DNA of 64,000 nt, taken from the NCBI GenBank assembly GCA_965223845.1, contig CBDCXR010000004.1, positions 2,848,001-2,912,000 on the forward strand. The letters run 5' to 3'. The notes beneath the pieces were generated by a model that was given only the letters and a program-made list of their open reading frames with translations, ran no database searches and had not been told where the DNA came from. Shown in pieces: positions 45,365 to 55,596 of the stretch; the stretch's first letter is position 1; each line of letters begins with the position of its first letter. This stretch comes from Planctomycetota bacterium (GTDB taxonomy: Bacteria; Planctomycetota; UBA8108; SXIK01). The position numbers and the translations under genes are program-made.

Positions 45365-45569
45365 CTGGCCCGGGTTTCTCACCAGATTTGGTGAGCGAAG
45401 CGGCGAGCCGCCGTAGGTCGTGAACTGACAAGGAGGTGTCGCCATACTGACCGGAGGTGTGCTCTTTGCACGGTGAGGATCAGGGTGGCGGCGCATCCGA
45501 CGCTCAGTTCGCGCCAAGAAGACGGCGCGGTCGCTGGCGCAGTAGACTCTGGTGAGAAATCCGGACTAG
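45365..45569. mobile_element. 205-bp MITE-like element with 22-bp imperfect terminal inverted repeats
   Basis: Left end CTGGCCCGGGTTTCTCACCAGA; right end (reverse complement) CTAGTCCGGATTTCTCACCAGA; internal inverted repeats GTGAACTGA/TCAGTTCGC; no credible coding content. Confidence 0.7.
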
Positions 45570-46600
45570 GCGTCGTTTCCGTCCTCGCCCCCGTCAGCGT
45601 CTTCGGAGTCGTCGCCGAACGCACGGAGGAGATAGTGCCGGTACAGAATCCCGGCGGCCTCGTCCGCCGGATTGCTTGAAAGCTGAGAGAGCAGGATCCC
45701 GAGCCCCTCGTCGGCGCGATCCTTCGAGTGCAAATAGAAGTACGCCGCGACGAGCGGACGCGCACTCGCGTCGAGATCGGCGACTCGCTTCGCGTACGTA
45801 CCGTCGCCCGGAAAGTGCGAGCGAATGTCCCGCGGCAAGTACTCGGTGACGTCGTCGTAGCTCAGCGCTTCCTCGAGAAGAAGCTGCGCGTGCGCGGGTT
45901 TGTCGAGGGCGAAGAACACCTCGGCGAGTAGGAGGGGATAGAGCGGACTCCGGTCGCGCCGGAAGCGCTCGGCGAAGACGCGTCCGGCCGCGCGAAACTT
46001 CCCCGCCTTCATGAGGTCGAGACCCGGCTCGGCTCCGGTCTCGACGACGCGATTCTCGCGCGCCGCGCGCTTTGCGGCCGCGACGACCCCTTCGAAGGGA
46101 GGAAGGCGTACGTCGATGTAGGGATCCGAGTCGCCCGGTAGATCCGGGCCGAAGACGCCCCCGCGCCGGTAGACCTCGTACGTGTCGAGCCCGAGTGTGA
46201 GCGAGCCCTGCTCCGCGAGAGGATGGGGGTACTCGACGACGGTCGGCGGAATCCCCCACACCGGATGGAGTCCGTAGCCGTAACCGTAACCTCCGTAGTG
46301 CCAGGTCGGATACCTGACCGCACGTCGGACGAGCCCGCGCCGCGCGCGGAATCGGCCGGATCCCGTCGCCTCCGCGCTCCGCCCGATCGTCAGGCCACCT
46401 GGCCCGCGGACCACGCCGCGGCTCGGCGCGGCGGAAGGACTTGTGACGACGGGAGGGGTCGGCGTCGCTTTCGGCGCCGGCTTAGAAGGCGCGGCCTCTT
46501 GCGCCGAGAGCGGAGCGGACATCAGCACCCCGGCGATCACCGCCACGGACGCGATCGACGAGAAGGCGAAGACGTGAGGGCGGCCTTGGACCGTTCGCAT
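45566..46600 (-). CDS. Exported hypothetical protein with Pro-rich and Gly/Tyr-rich segments and a TPR-like C-terminus
   Basis: Signal peptide ending APLSA-QE; YGGYGYGYG; helical C-terminus; ATG 46600. Confidence 0.6.
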   Translation of the reverse strand: MRTVQGRPHVFAFSSIASVAVIAGVLMSAPLSAQEAAPSKPAPKATPTPPVVTSPSAAPSRGVVRGPGGLTIGRSAEATGSGRFRARRGLVRRAVRYPTWHYGGYGYGYGLHPVWGIPPTVVEYPHPLAEQGSLTLGLDTYEVYRRGGVFGPDLPGDSDPYIDVRLPPFEGVVAAAKRAARENRVVETGAEPGLDLMKAGKFRAAGRVFAERFRRDRSPLYPLLLAEVFFALDKPAHAQLLLEEALSYDDVTEYLPRDIRSHFPGDGTYAKRVADLDASARPLVAAYFYLHSKDRADEGLGILLSQLSSNPADEAAGILYRHYLLRAFGDDSEDADGGEDGNDA

Positions 46601-46729
46601 GTGGAATCCTCCGTTGGAGTCCCGCAGTTCGCGCGGCGCGATCGCACGATCGTCGCGAAGCGAACCGAGACGACGAGCTACTCTGGGCTCTACTTCTCCT
46701 GCTCTCCCCCCCATTGTAAGGTGGGCGTC

Positions 46730-49700
46730 ATGGGGACTTCAAAGAAAGAGGCCCGTTCCTCGCGCGGACTTACGGCGATTTTGCTAGTCGCGATCGCGGC
46801 CGGGAGCGCGGCGATTCTGTGGTGGAATCGCCCGCCGACGGATTCCGCTCGTGACGTCGCCGCCCCCGGCCCAGTCGGCGAATCCGCCGCCGGCCGGCCG
46901 ATCGAAGCGCCCGAGTTCGAGAAGCTCCGCCGGCGCACGATTCCCGGTGCCGATCGTTTCGAAGTGGAGACTCTCGCCGCCGAACTGGCTCCGAAGATCC
47001 GCGCACTAGAGGCCGAGTGGCGGGATCTTCCCCGTGATCGTTCCAGCGACGACGCGTCAGACCTAGTGGCGCCGACGTTCCGGTGGACGGCGCAGCACGC
47101 GGACGCTCGCCCGGCGGCCAGCATGGCGGACGGACTTCGCGCGCTGCTCGGTCGAGGCGTGGAGTCGCTCGACCACGTCGCGCTCAAGATCGTCCGGGTC
47201 GAGCCCGTCACGGAAGGGGAACTCGCGACGGAGCTGCGCTTCGAGCTCGTGGTCCGTCCGAGCTCGGGCGCGCACGTGAGCTGGACGGGGCGGGCACGCG
47301 TCCTCTGGACGTCCGAACGCAAGATCCGCGGGTGGAAGACGCTGTCCGTCGACTCGGTCGAGACGACCGGCCCTTTTCTTCGCGATGTTTCCGCGGCCGT
47401 GCTCCACGCGAACGCCGTCTACCACCAAGTCCTCGCGCACGGGATCGACCATTTCCGGGACCGACTCGACGCCGCCACGGGGATCGACGTCTACGGACAC
47501 TACGGAATCGCGGTCGGCGACGCGAACTCGGACGGCCTCGACGATCTCTATCTGCCGATGCCGCCGACCGTACCGAATGTCCTTCTCCTCGGCCAAACCG
47601 ACGGAACGTTTCGCGACGCCAGCACGGAGAGCGGCGCGAACCTCCTCGACGGCACGACGCAGGCGCTATTTCTCGATCTCGACAACGACGGGGACGACGA
47701 CATCGTGGCCCTCCTCGACGCGGGCGCGTGCGTGCTCCGCGGCGATGGCCGCGGGCGATTTGCCGTCGTTCCCGACGCGATCAGCGCGGGGTCCGCGCGC
47801 GGCTCACCGATCACCGTCGCTGCCGCCGACTACGACGCCGACGGCATCCTCGATCTCTATGTCGGTTCCTACGTCTTCTGGCGCGACCTATCGGGCGCGG
47901 TCGGCTCGCGTCTCCCGACGCCCTACCACGACGCGCAGAACGGTGCCCCGAATCGACTCCTCCGCGGGCGAGGAGACGGAACGTTTGAAGATGCGACCGC
48001 AGTCGCGGGGCTCGGAACGGTACACCGATTCACGTTCGCGGCGAGCTGGGCGGATTACGACTCGGACGGCGATGCCGACCTCTACGTTGCGAACGACTTC
48101 GGCAGCAACCAGCTCTTTCGCAATCGCGGTGACGGCACGTTCGAGGACGTCGCTCGAGTCGCGGGAGTCGTCGACATCGGACCGGGGATGAGCGTCGAGT
48201 GGTTCGACTACGATCGCGACGGCGATTTCGACCTCTACGTCGGAAACATGTTTTCCGCTGCCGGGCAGCGCGTCACGAACGAGCGCACTTACAAAGCGGG
48301 ATCTCCGGATCTTCAGCACGCGTACCGGAGACACGCCCGGGGGAATTCGCTCTACCGGAATCGCGGCGACGGCACGTTCGAAGACGCGAGTGAGTTTGCG
48401 CGAGCGACGTTCGGCCGCTGGGCCTGGGCGAGCGGGAACGTCGATTTCGATCTCGACGGTCACGACGATCTCTACGTTCAAAACGGCTTCGTGAGCAACG
48501 CTCGCGGACGCGAGCTCTGAAGCTTCTTCTGGCGACAGGTCGTGTCGCAGTCCCCCACGGCCGCGGTCAAGATCCAGCGGTACGAAGACGGCTGGAACGC
48601 GATCCAGCGCATGATCCGCGAAGACGAGTCGTGGAGCGGATGGGAACGGAACTGCGTCCACCTCGCTCGCGGCGACGGGAAGTTCACGGACGCGTCGGCG
48701 GTGAGTGGAGCCGACTACGCGACGGACGGACGCGCGTTCGCCGTCCTCGATGTCGATCGCGACGGACGTCCCGACCTCGCGCTACGGAATCGGAACGCGC
48801 CGACGCTGCGGATCGTGCAGAACGTGTGGCCCAATCCCGGGAGGTGCGTGTGGCTCCACCTCGAAGGGAGCACCGGCAACCGGGGCGCGATCGGGGCAGT
48901 CGTCGAAGTTCGTGCGGGGAAGGACCGCAGAGTGATTCCCATGACCGCCGGCTCCCGATTTCTCTCGCAGTCGAGCCGATGGCTCCCGATCGGTCTCGGC
49001 GACGCGCCCGGAGAAGTCGCGATCGCCGTTCGTTGGCCGGGCGGACGAACGCAAGAGCTCGGCGAACTCCAGCCGGGACACCGGTACTGGATTCGTGAGG
49101 GGGAGAGGCCCCGCGGAGAAGAATTGTCCGCGCGGCGAGAGTACGCCTCGATCGAGCCGAGCGACGCGCCAAGGAAGACCGGAGTCGGCACGTGGCTCAT
49201 CGAGCGCATTCCCGCTCCCGACTTCGAGCTGAAGAGAGTCGGCAAGAGCGAAATGCTGAATCTTCGCGGTCTGCGCGGCGCTCCCGTGCTTCTTCATATC
49301 CTCTCGCCGACGTGTGCCGTGTGCGTCGCGGCAGCACCCGAGCACCGACGGATCGAGAAGATCGCGACGGACGCGGGAGCACAACTCGTCCACGCGATCG
49401 TCGCGCGCAACGATCAAGACGCCGAGGCAGAGCGAATCCGCTTCGTCGAAGGGGCAGGCTACGAGGCGCCGGCGGTCGCGGCGGACGACGCGTTCGTCGC
49501 GGCGTACAACGTGCTTCACCGCGAGATCTGGAATCGCCGTCACGACCTCGCCGTGCCGACGACGATTTGGATCGACCCGGGCGGCTACGTCGTCCGCGTC
49601 GATCGCGGTGCGCTCGATCCGGATGCCGCTCGAGCGATCCTCGCGCAGTTTCCGCGATCGCCGAAGGAGCTGAGGACGCTCGCGATCGGTGATGCGTCCG

Positions 49701-50584
49701 GACCACTCGTCTACCCGGAAGCGTTCAGACGAAATTTCGCGGCTCTGGGAAACGCTTACCGCGAGGCCGGCTTCCCCGAGCTCGCGCGGTCCGCGTTCGC
49801 AGAGGACGCCGCAAGATCACCGAAGAGTTCGAACGCCCGCTTCAACCTCGCGGTCGTCGCGGCCGAGAGGGGTGACACCGCCGCCGCGGAGCGCATCTAC
49901 CGGGAAGTGATCGAGTCCGGTGAGTACTCGGGCGATGCGAGGAACAATCTCGCCGTCCTCCTCGCACAGCGGGGAGAGACCGATGCCGCGCTCCGTCTAC
50001 TCGTCGATCTCGTTGCGGGGAATCCCGCGCACGGCGAGGCGCCGCTCAACCTGGCCGGCATCCATCTTCGTTCGGGACGCGCCGAAGAAGCAGTGAAGGT
50101 GCTCGAGTCTGCCGTCCGAACGGACCCCGAGTCGGCTCGCTTTCGTCGCCAGCTCGCCTACGCACGGTACTCGTTAGGCGATGTCCACGGCGCCGAACAG
50201 GATTACCGACGTGCGATCGAGCTCGATCCGCTCGCATCCGAGTCCTACCGCGATCTCACCGCGCTCATCTTCGCCCAGGGACGCGAGCGCGAAGCCGCGG
50301 AGCTCGCCCGTCGCGGGATCGCGGTCGCGGGCGAAACCGCAGCGCTCCGGAATGCACTCGCGCTCGCGGAGATCGCGATCGGCCGGACGGAGGACGGACT
50401 CAACGGACTCCGGCGCGCGATCGAGCTCGACCCAAAACTCGTCCCGGCCTACGTGAACCTGATCGCGCACCTCGACGACCTGGGTCGCGAGAGTGAAGCG
50501 ACGGAGAATCTCGAACGGCTGCGGACGATCTCGCCGGAGGCGGCGGCGAGGGTGAGGCGGCGGCTGCGTGAGAGTGGGAAGTGA
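46730..50584 (+). CDS. FG-GAP/ASPIC-UnbV + CxxC redoxin-like + TPR protein with an in-frame UGA at 48518 (candidate selenoprotein)
   Basis: The two ORF-track ORFs are in frame and joined by EL*SFFWRQVVSQSP. SECIS-like hairpin at 48532-48548. N-terminal TM anchor, FG-GAP repeats, GSRFLSQSSR..VRWPGG, PAPDFEL..PTCAVC, C-terminal TPRs. Confidence 0.75.
48529..48550 (+). promoter_or_regulatory. Candidate bacterial SECIS element
   Basis: UGA + 11 nt + GCGACA-GGTCG-TGTCGC; the loop starts with G; the stem is extendable by CTG/CAG with one bulge. Confidence 0.55.
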
Positions 50585-50759
50585 GCACGAGCGGGCACAA
50601 GAGCTTGAGTCGCGCGATCCTCTGTGCCCAGCGGCCGCGGCTCTCGTTTCTCGCATTTATGCTCGTCCACGACAGTCGAGCGTCCTCTCTTCGTGTCGTC
50701 GTACGCGGTGACGAGTGCACCGTGGTCGCTGATGTCTGGAAGCGGAAGGACTCCAGGCC

Positions 50760-52226
50760 ATGAGCGACAAGCAAGAGCTCATTCTCCTCACTGGAGCAAC
50801 GGGCTACGTCGGCGGACGACTGCTCTCTCAGCTCGAGAGCGAGAAGCGCCGAGTGCGCTGCCTCGCACGCCGGCCGGAGTTCCTGCGTCCGCGTGTCGCC
50901 TCCTCGACAGAAGTGGTCCAGGGGGACGTCCTCGACAAGGAGAGCCTCGCGTCCGCGATGGAAGGGGTCGACTTCGCCTACTATCTTGTCCACTCGATGG
51001 GCTCCAAAGGAGAATTCGTCGAAGAGGACCGCAGGGCCGCGGCCGTCTTCGCCGAGGTCGCGCGCGCAGCGGGCGTGAGCCGTCTCATCTACTTGGGAGG
51101 CCTCGGCCACGAGAAGAATCTTTCGGATCACTTGGCAAGCCGGCAAGAGGTCGGCGATGTGTTGCGGGGATCCGGGATCCCGACGGTCGAGTTTCGGGCT
51201 TCCATCATCATCGGTTCCGGCAGCCTGTCGTTCGAGATGATCCGAGCGCTCGTTGAGAAGCTACCCGCGATGATCACGCCACGCTGGGTCCGCTCCCGCG
51301 CGCAACCCATCGGCATCGAGGACGTGATCGCTTATCTGGTGCGAGCGCTCGATTTGTCGTTCGAGGAAAGCCGCGTGTTCGAAATCGGCGGCGCAGATCA
51401 AGCCTCGTACGGAGACATCATGACGGAGTACGCGCGGCAACGCGGGCTCCGGCGCTGGATCATTCCGGTCCCGGTGCTCAGCGCCCGGCTGTCGAGTCTC
51501 TGGCTGGGGCTCGTCACTCCCCTCTACGCCCGAGTTGGCCGGAAGCTCATCGACAGTCTGCGTCACGACACGGTGGTTGAGGATCCATCCGCCAGCGAAG
51601 TTTTTGGGATCCGGCCGGCGGGATTGCAAGCGGCGATCGAGCGAGCCCTCAGAAACGAAGACCACGATTTCGCGCAAACACGGTGGTCCGACGCCCTGTC
51701 TTCAAAGGGTAAGGAGCAGCGCTGGGGTGGAGTAAAGTTCGGATCGCGGCTCGTCGACTCGCGAGTCGCAACCGCGGAGTGTCCCGTCGCCGCAGCCTTT
51801 CGTCCGGTTCAACGGATCGGCGGAAAGACCGGTTGGTACTACGGCGACTGGCTGTGGCGAATCCGCGGATTCCTCGACCTTCTCGTGGGCGGCCCCGGTC
51901 TCAGAAGGGGACGAAGACACCCGGAACAGCTCGCACCTGGCGACACCGTTGATTTCTGGCGGGTCGAGAGGTTCGAGCAGGACCGCTCGCTCCTACTCAG
52001 CGCGGAGATGAAGCTCCCCGGCCGAGCCTGGCTCCACTTTGAAGTCGAGCCATGCGCCAAGGGCTCACTGATTCGTCAGACCGCGATCTTCGATCCGGTC
52101 GGGCTGCCGGCGCTCGTCTATTGGTATGGCCTCTACCCGCTTCACCAACTCGTCTTCGCTGGCATGTTGCGTGGCATCGCAAAGGAGGCTCTTCGCGATC
52201 GGGAGAAGCAAGGGAAAACAGTCTAG
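50760..52226 (+). CDS. NAD(P)-binding SDR-like oxidoreductase with C-terminal DUF2867
   Basis: LTGATGYVGGRL, YYLVHSM, HLASRQEVG, IGGKTGWY, AEMKLPGRAWL. Confidence 0.9.
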   Translation: MSDKQELILLTGATGYVGGRLLSQLESEKRRVRCLARRPEFLRPRVASSTEVVQGDVLDKESLASAMEGVDFAYYLVHSMGSKGEFVEEDRRAAAVFAEVARAAGVSRLIYLGGLGHEKNLSDHLASRQEVGDVLRGSGIPTVEFRASIIIGSGSLSFEMIRALVEKLPAMITPRWVRSRAQPIGIEDVIAYLVRALDLSFEESRVFEIGGADQASYGDIMTEYARQRGLRRWIIPVPVLSARLSSLWLGLVTPLYARVGRKLIDSLRHDTVVEDPSASEVFGIRPAGLQAAIERALRNEDHDFAQTRWSDALSSKGKEQRWGGVKFGSRLVDSRVATAECPVAAAFRPVQRIGGKTGWYYGDWLWRIRGFLDLLVGGPGLRRGRRHPEQLAPGDTVDFWRVERFEQDRSLLLSAEMKLPGRAWLHFEVEPCAKGSLIRQTAIFDPVGLPALVYWYGLYPLHQLVFAGMLRGIAKEALRDREKQGKTV

Positions 52227-52394
52227 CGTTGAGCGAGACCGAAGTCGCCGGGAACGAGGGAAGAGACTACGCGGTGAGTACCGCCTCGGCCCACTGAACC
52301 CGAGAGCACTGGGGATGCGCGCAACTGGTTGAAACAGGGAGTATCATCGCTCGATGAGAGGCGTCTTTCGTTTACACCTGAAGCCACTCTCCGA

Positions 52395-53033
52395 ATGGGA
52401 CGATACGGATTGGTGTTGGACTTGCCTGACCAGATCAAGGAGACACCCACAAACCCTCCCGACGAGGCGATAGAAACGAAGCCCGAGCTCTGGCTCGATT
52501 GCTATGGCGACGTTCTCTTTCGGGACGCCATGGTGCGTCTCGGCGACCGAGCAGCGGCATCCGACGCCGTGCAAGAGACGCTGCTCGCCGCGCTAAGGGC
52601 CGTGCGGGAGGGGAAGTTCGACGGACGGGTGGAGTTTCGGCACTGGCTGAGGACGATTCTCCGTAACAAGGCGGTCGATCATGTTCGACGCCGAGTCCGC
52701 GAGCGCCCGCTCGACACGTCGGATCCCGAGGGAATGGGCGATACGCTCCTCTACAAACTGACCGGTGTGCCGACTAGAAGCCCGGAGAACTGGGCTTTCG
52801 ATCTCGAGATGGCCTTCGAGCGCGAAGAGTTTTGGGCGGCGTTCGAGTCGTGCATGTCCGGCTTGAGCGACGTCCAGCGTTCGGTGTTTACGATGAAGGT
52901 GATCGACGGCGTGTCGACGGAAGAGGTCTGTAACATCCTGAACGTCAACGCGAACAACATGGGGGTCCTTCTCCATCGCGCGCGTCAGGCCCTCAAGCGT
53001 TGCCTGGAAGGCAAATGGTTCGTCGCTGACTGA
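52395..53033 (+). CDS. ECF RNA polymerase sigma-70 factor
   Basis: DAVQETLLAA, WLRTILRNKAVD, EVCNILNV..LLHRARQALKRCLE; start uncertain (52329-52416). Confidence 0.9.
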   Translation: MGRYGLVLDLPDQIKETPTNPPDEAIETKPELWLDCYGDVLFRDAMVRLGDRAAASDAVQETLLAALRAVREGKFDGRVEFRHWLRTILRNKAVDHVRRRVRERPLDTSDPEGMGDTLLYKLTGVPTRSPENWAFDLEMAFEREEFWAAFESCMSGLSDVQRSVFTMKVIDGVSTEEVCNILNVNANNMGVLLHRARQALKRCLEGKWFVAD

Positions 53034-53339
53034 GTGATCTACGTGCTTACCTGCAAACAAGTTGCCAAGAGCCTCGCCGAACGCGACTACGCGGAGCTGC
53101 CGCGTCTGAAGCGAGCCTTCCTGAAGCTGCACGTCCTTCTCTGCTTCGTCTGCGGGCGGTACCACCGGCACGTCATGCGCTTTCAGGACGGTGTCCGCCG
53201 TTATCGCAGCGGCGAATCCGCGAGGACGGCCTCTGCCAAGACGGACTTCTGTCTTCTTAGCGAGGAGCGGGAGTCGATCCGACGCGCGCTGAAGTCGGAG
53301 TCCTCCGAGCTCGACGTCGATCAGGAACCTTCGTCCTGA
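53034..53339 (+). CDS. Putative zinc-binding anti-sigma factor (zf-HC2-like)
   Basis: LTCKQVAK..LHVLLCFVCGRY; abuts the sigma gene. Confidence 0.75.
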   Translation: MIYVLTCKQVAKSLAERDYAELPRLKRAFLKLHVLLCFVCGRYHRHVMRFQDGVRRYRSGESARTASAKTDFCLLSEERESIRRALKSESSELDVDQEPSS

Positions 53340-53603
53340 GCGATTCCGGGTCTCTTCCTCGCCGCTCGATCCCGTAAGTTGCTCTGCTCGAGCTACTTGA
53401 CTCCGGCGAGGGGACTGTCTTTCGACCGTCGACCTCGCCACACGCAGGGATTCGCGAAGAACCCTGTAAGAATCTCCGGGTCATGGCGATTCCCTATCGA
53501 TGCATCAAAGCGTTCAAAACGTTCACGTGTCGACGTTGACGCGCGGCCCCCGCGGCCGGGCGTGGACGGCGGGAACCCTCAGAACTTTTGGGAGACGAAT
53601 CTC

Positions 53604-54557
53604 ATGCCCCGGAAACTCTTTGCCGCGTTGTCACTCACCACTCTTCTGGCCCTCACGACGAACACCGCCTCGGCGAAACACCCTGACATTGTCAGCACGG
53701 CGATCGACGCTGGCTCGTTCAAGACTTTGATCGCTGCGCTCGAAGCTACCGATCTCGTCGACGCCCTCAAGGGCAAGGGTCCGTTCACGGTATTTGCGCC
53801 GACGGACGAGGCCTTTGCGAAGCTGCCGAAAGGTACGGTGGAGAAACTTCTCCGAGCGGAGAACAAGGGCACGCTCGCCGCGATCCTCACTTACCACGTG
53901 GTTCCTGGACGCGTCACCGCGAAGCACGTGACCAAGCTCAAGAACGCCAAGACGCTCAACGGACAGCGCGTCGATATCGCTGTCAAGGGCGACAAGGTAC
54001 GGATCGATGGCGCCAAGGTCATCAAGGCCGACATCGAAACGTGTAACGGCGTCATCCACGTCATCGATCGAGTGATCATGCCGAGCACCTCGGACATTGT
54101 GGAGACCGCCGTAAAGGCCGGCAGTTTCAAGACTCTCGCGGCCGCCCTCAAAGCTGCTTCGCTGGTCGAGACACTGCAGGGGAAGGGGCCGTTCACGGTC
54201 TTCGCGCCGACCGACGAAGCCTTTGCGAAGCTGCCGAAGGGCACCGCCGAGACGCTCGTTAAGCCTGAGAACATCGGCGAGCTGAAGGCTATCTTGACGT
54301 ACCACGTTGTCCCGGGACGCATCTACAGCACGGACCTGGACGACGGCAGCAAGGCGAAGACCCTGCAGGGCGGCTCGCTTGCCGTCCGTGTCTGTTCGAA
54401 GAGCGGTGTCCAAATCAATGACTCGAAGGTCGTGAAGGCGGACATCGACGCGGCCAACGGCGTGATCCATGTGATCGACAACGTCCTCATGCCGCCGGCT
54501 GAGAGTACAGCCTCCTCAACCGAGTCCCAAGAACACCGGGACGAGGCTGCCCTCTAG
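53604..54557 (+). CDS. Secreted protein with two fasciclin (FAS1) domains
   Basis: Two copies of [34 protein letters not shown]; signal peptide; GGGAG RBS. Confidence 0.95.
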   Translation: MPRKLFAALSLTTLLALTTNTASAKHPDIVSTAIDAGSFKTLIAALEATDLVDALKGKGPFTVFAPTDEAFAKLPKGTVEKLLRAENKGTLAAILTYHVVPGRVTAKHVTKLKNAKTLNGQRVDIAVKGDKVRIDGAKVIKADIETCNGVIHVIDRVIMPSTSDIVETAVKAGSFKTLAAALKAASLVETLQGKGPFTVFAPTDEAFAKLPKGTAETLVKPENIGELKAILTYHVVPGRIYSTDLDDGSKAKTLQGGSLAVRVCSKSGVQINDSKVVKADIDAANGVIHVIDNVLMPPAESTASSTESQEHRDEAAL

Positions 54558-54583
54558 AACTGAACCGCCCCCGTTCACACCTT

Positions 54584-54626
54584 CCGATCCGTCCGGAGGT
54601 TGAGACTTCGCCTCCGGGCGGATTGG
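54584..54626 (+). terminator. Stem-loop after the fasciclin gene
   Basis: CCGATCCGTCCGGAGG-N11-CCTCCGGGCGGATTGG. Confidence 0.6.
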
Positions 54627-54644
54627 TCTTAGCGAGAAACGATC

Positions 54645-55301
54645 ATGTTCATGGGACCGTTCATCTTGCTGCTCTCATCGACCAACTTGAAAGCCTGTGA
54701 AGGAGACTACTTGGTCACGCTCTACGATTTCTCCACCCCCTCCACCGCGGGTCGTTGGCGCACCATCAACGACAACGTCATGGGCGGAGTGTCACGCGGG
54801 AAGTTCCGTCTCTCCCTCGAGCGCAAGAGACTGCAATTCTTCGGAGAGCTCTCGCTTGAGAATCGCGGCGGCTTCGCCTCTGTCCGAAGCCGAGGGAAGA
54901 CGCACGATCTGTCGGAGTTCGAGGGAATCGCGCTCCGCATACGGGGAGATGGGCGGCGCTATTCAGTGAACGTCCGGACAAACCACACGCCATACGGCGG
55001 CTCCTATCGTGCTGGCCTTCAGACACGAAAGGGCGAGTGGATCACCGTTCGCGTGCCCTTCGCGTCGTTAGAACCGACTTTCCGCGGACGGCCTCTACCA
55101 GACGCGCCACCCCTCAATCGCCGTCAGATCCAATCCGTCGGTGTCACGCTGGCCGACAAGCGCGCAGGCCCGTTCAACTTAGAAATCGACTGGGTCAAGG
55201 CGTACAAAGCTCCGGCACCAAGGCCCCCGGAGACGGCGGACGAAACCGCCCATCCCGAAACCGCGAAGAGGGACGTCGCGGGAGAGACGGCGGATCCTTA
55301 A
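54645..55301 (+). CDS. CIA30 family protein
   Basis: WRTINDNVMGGVSRG, LENRGGFASVR, RGDGRRY, PTFRGR, GPFNLEIDW. Confidence 0.92.
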   Translation: MFMGPFILLLSSTNLKACEGDYLVTLYDFSTPSTAGRWRTINDNVMGGVSRGKFRLSLERKRLQFFGELSLENRGGFASVRSRGKTHDLSEFEGIALRIRGDGRRYSVNVRTNHTPYGGSYRAGLQTRKGEWITVRVPFASLEPTFRGRPLPDAPPLNRRQIQSVGVTLADKRAGPFNLEIDWVKAYKAPAPRPPETADETAHPETAKRDVAGETADP

Positions 55302-55596
55302 TCCCTCAGTCTAGTCACCGATCGCCGAGCCCCCCGCCAGAGCAGTCTGCCTCCTGCGAATTCTCGATCTCCCAGCTACGATCATCGAGGCGCGGCGCCG
55401 TCCGTTCTCGCGGGGTGCCTCGATCGTAGAGGCGCCGGGAGGGAGGAGGCGGTGGGATTCGTCGCGATGGAGTCGGCAACAGCAATCTGAGAGAAGAAGC
55501 ACGCGGCACGCATCGACAGGCGGCCACGAAAACGCCTGAACGATAAGGAGAGCCCAGGTTCGCATATGCCGTCTTGAACTCGAGCTCGACGTTGGC

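Noticed and set aside
53604-54557. Internal DNA repeat as a mobile or regulatory repeat
   Set aside because: Explained by the two tandem FAS1 domains.
55566-55576. Illumina adapter remnant (TATGCCGTCTT)
   Set aside because: Only an 11-nt match with divergent flanks; compatible with chance.
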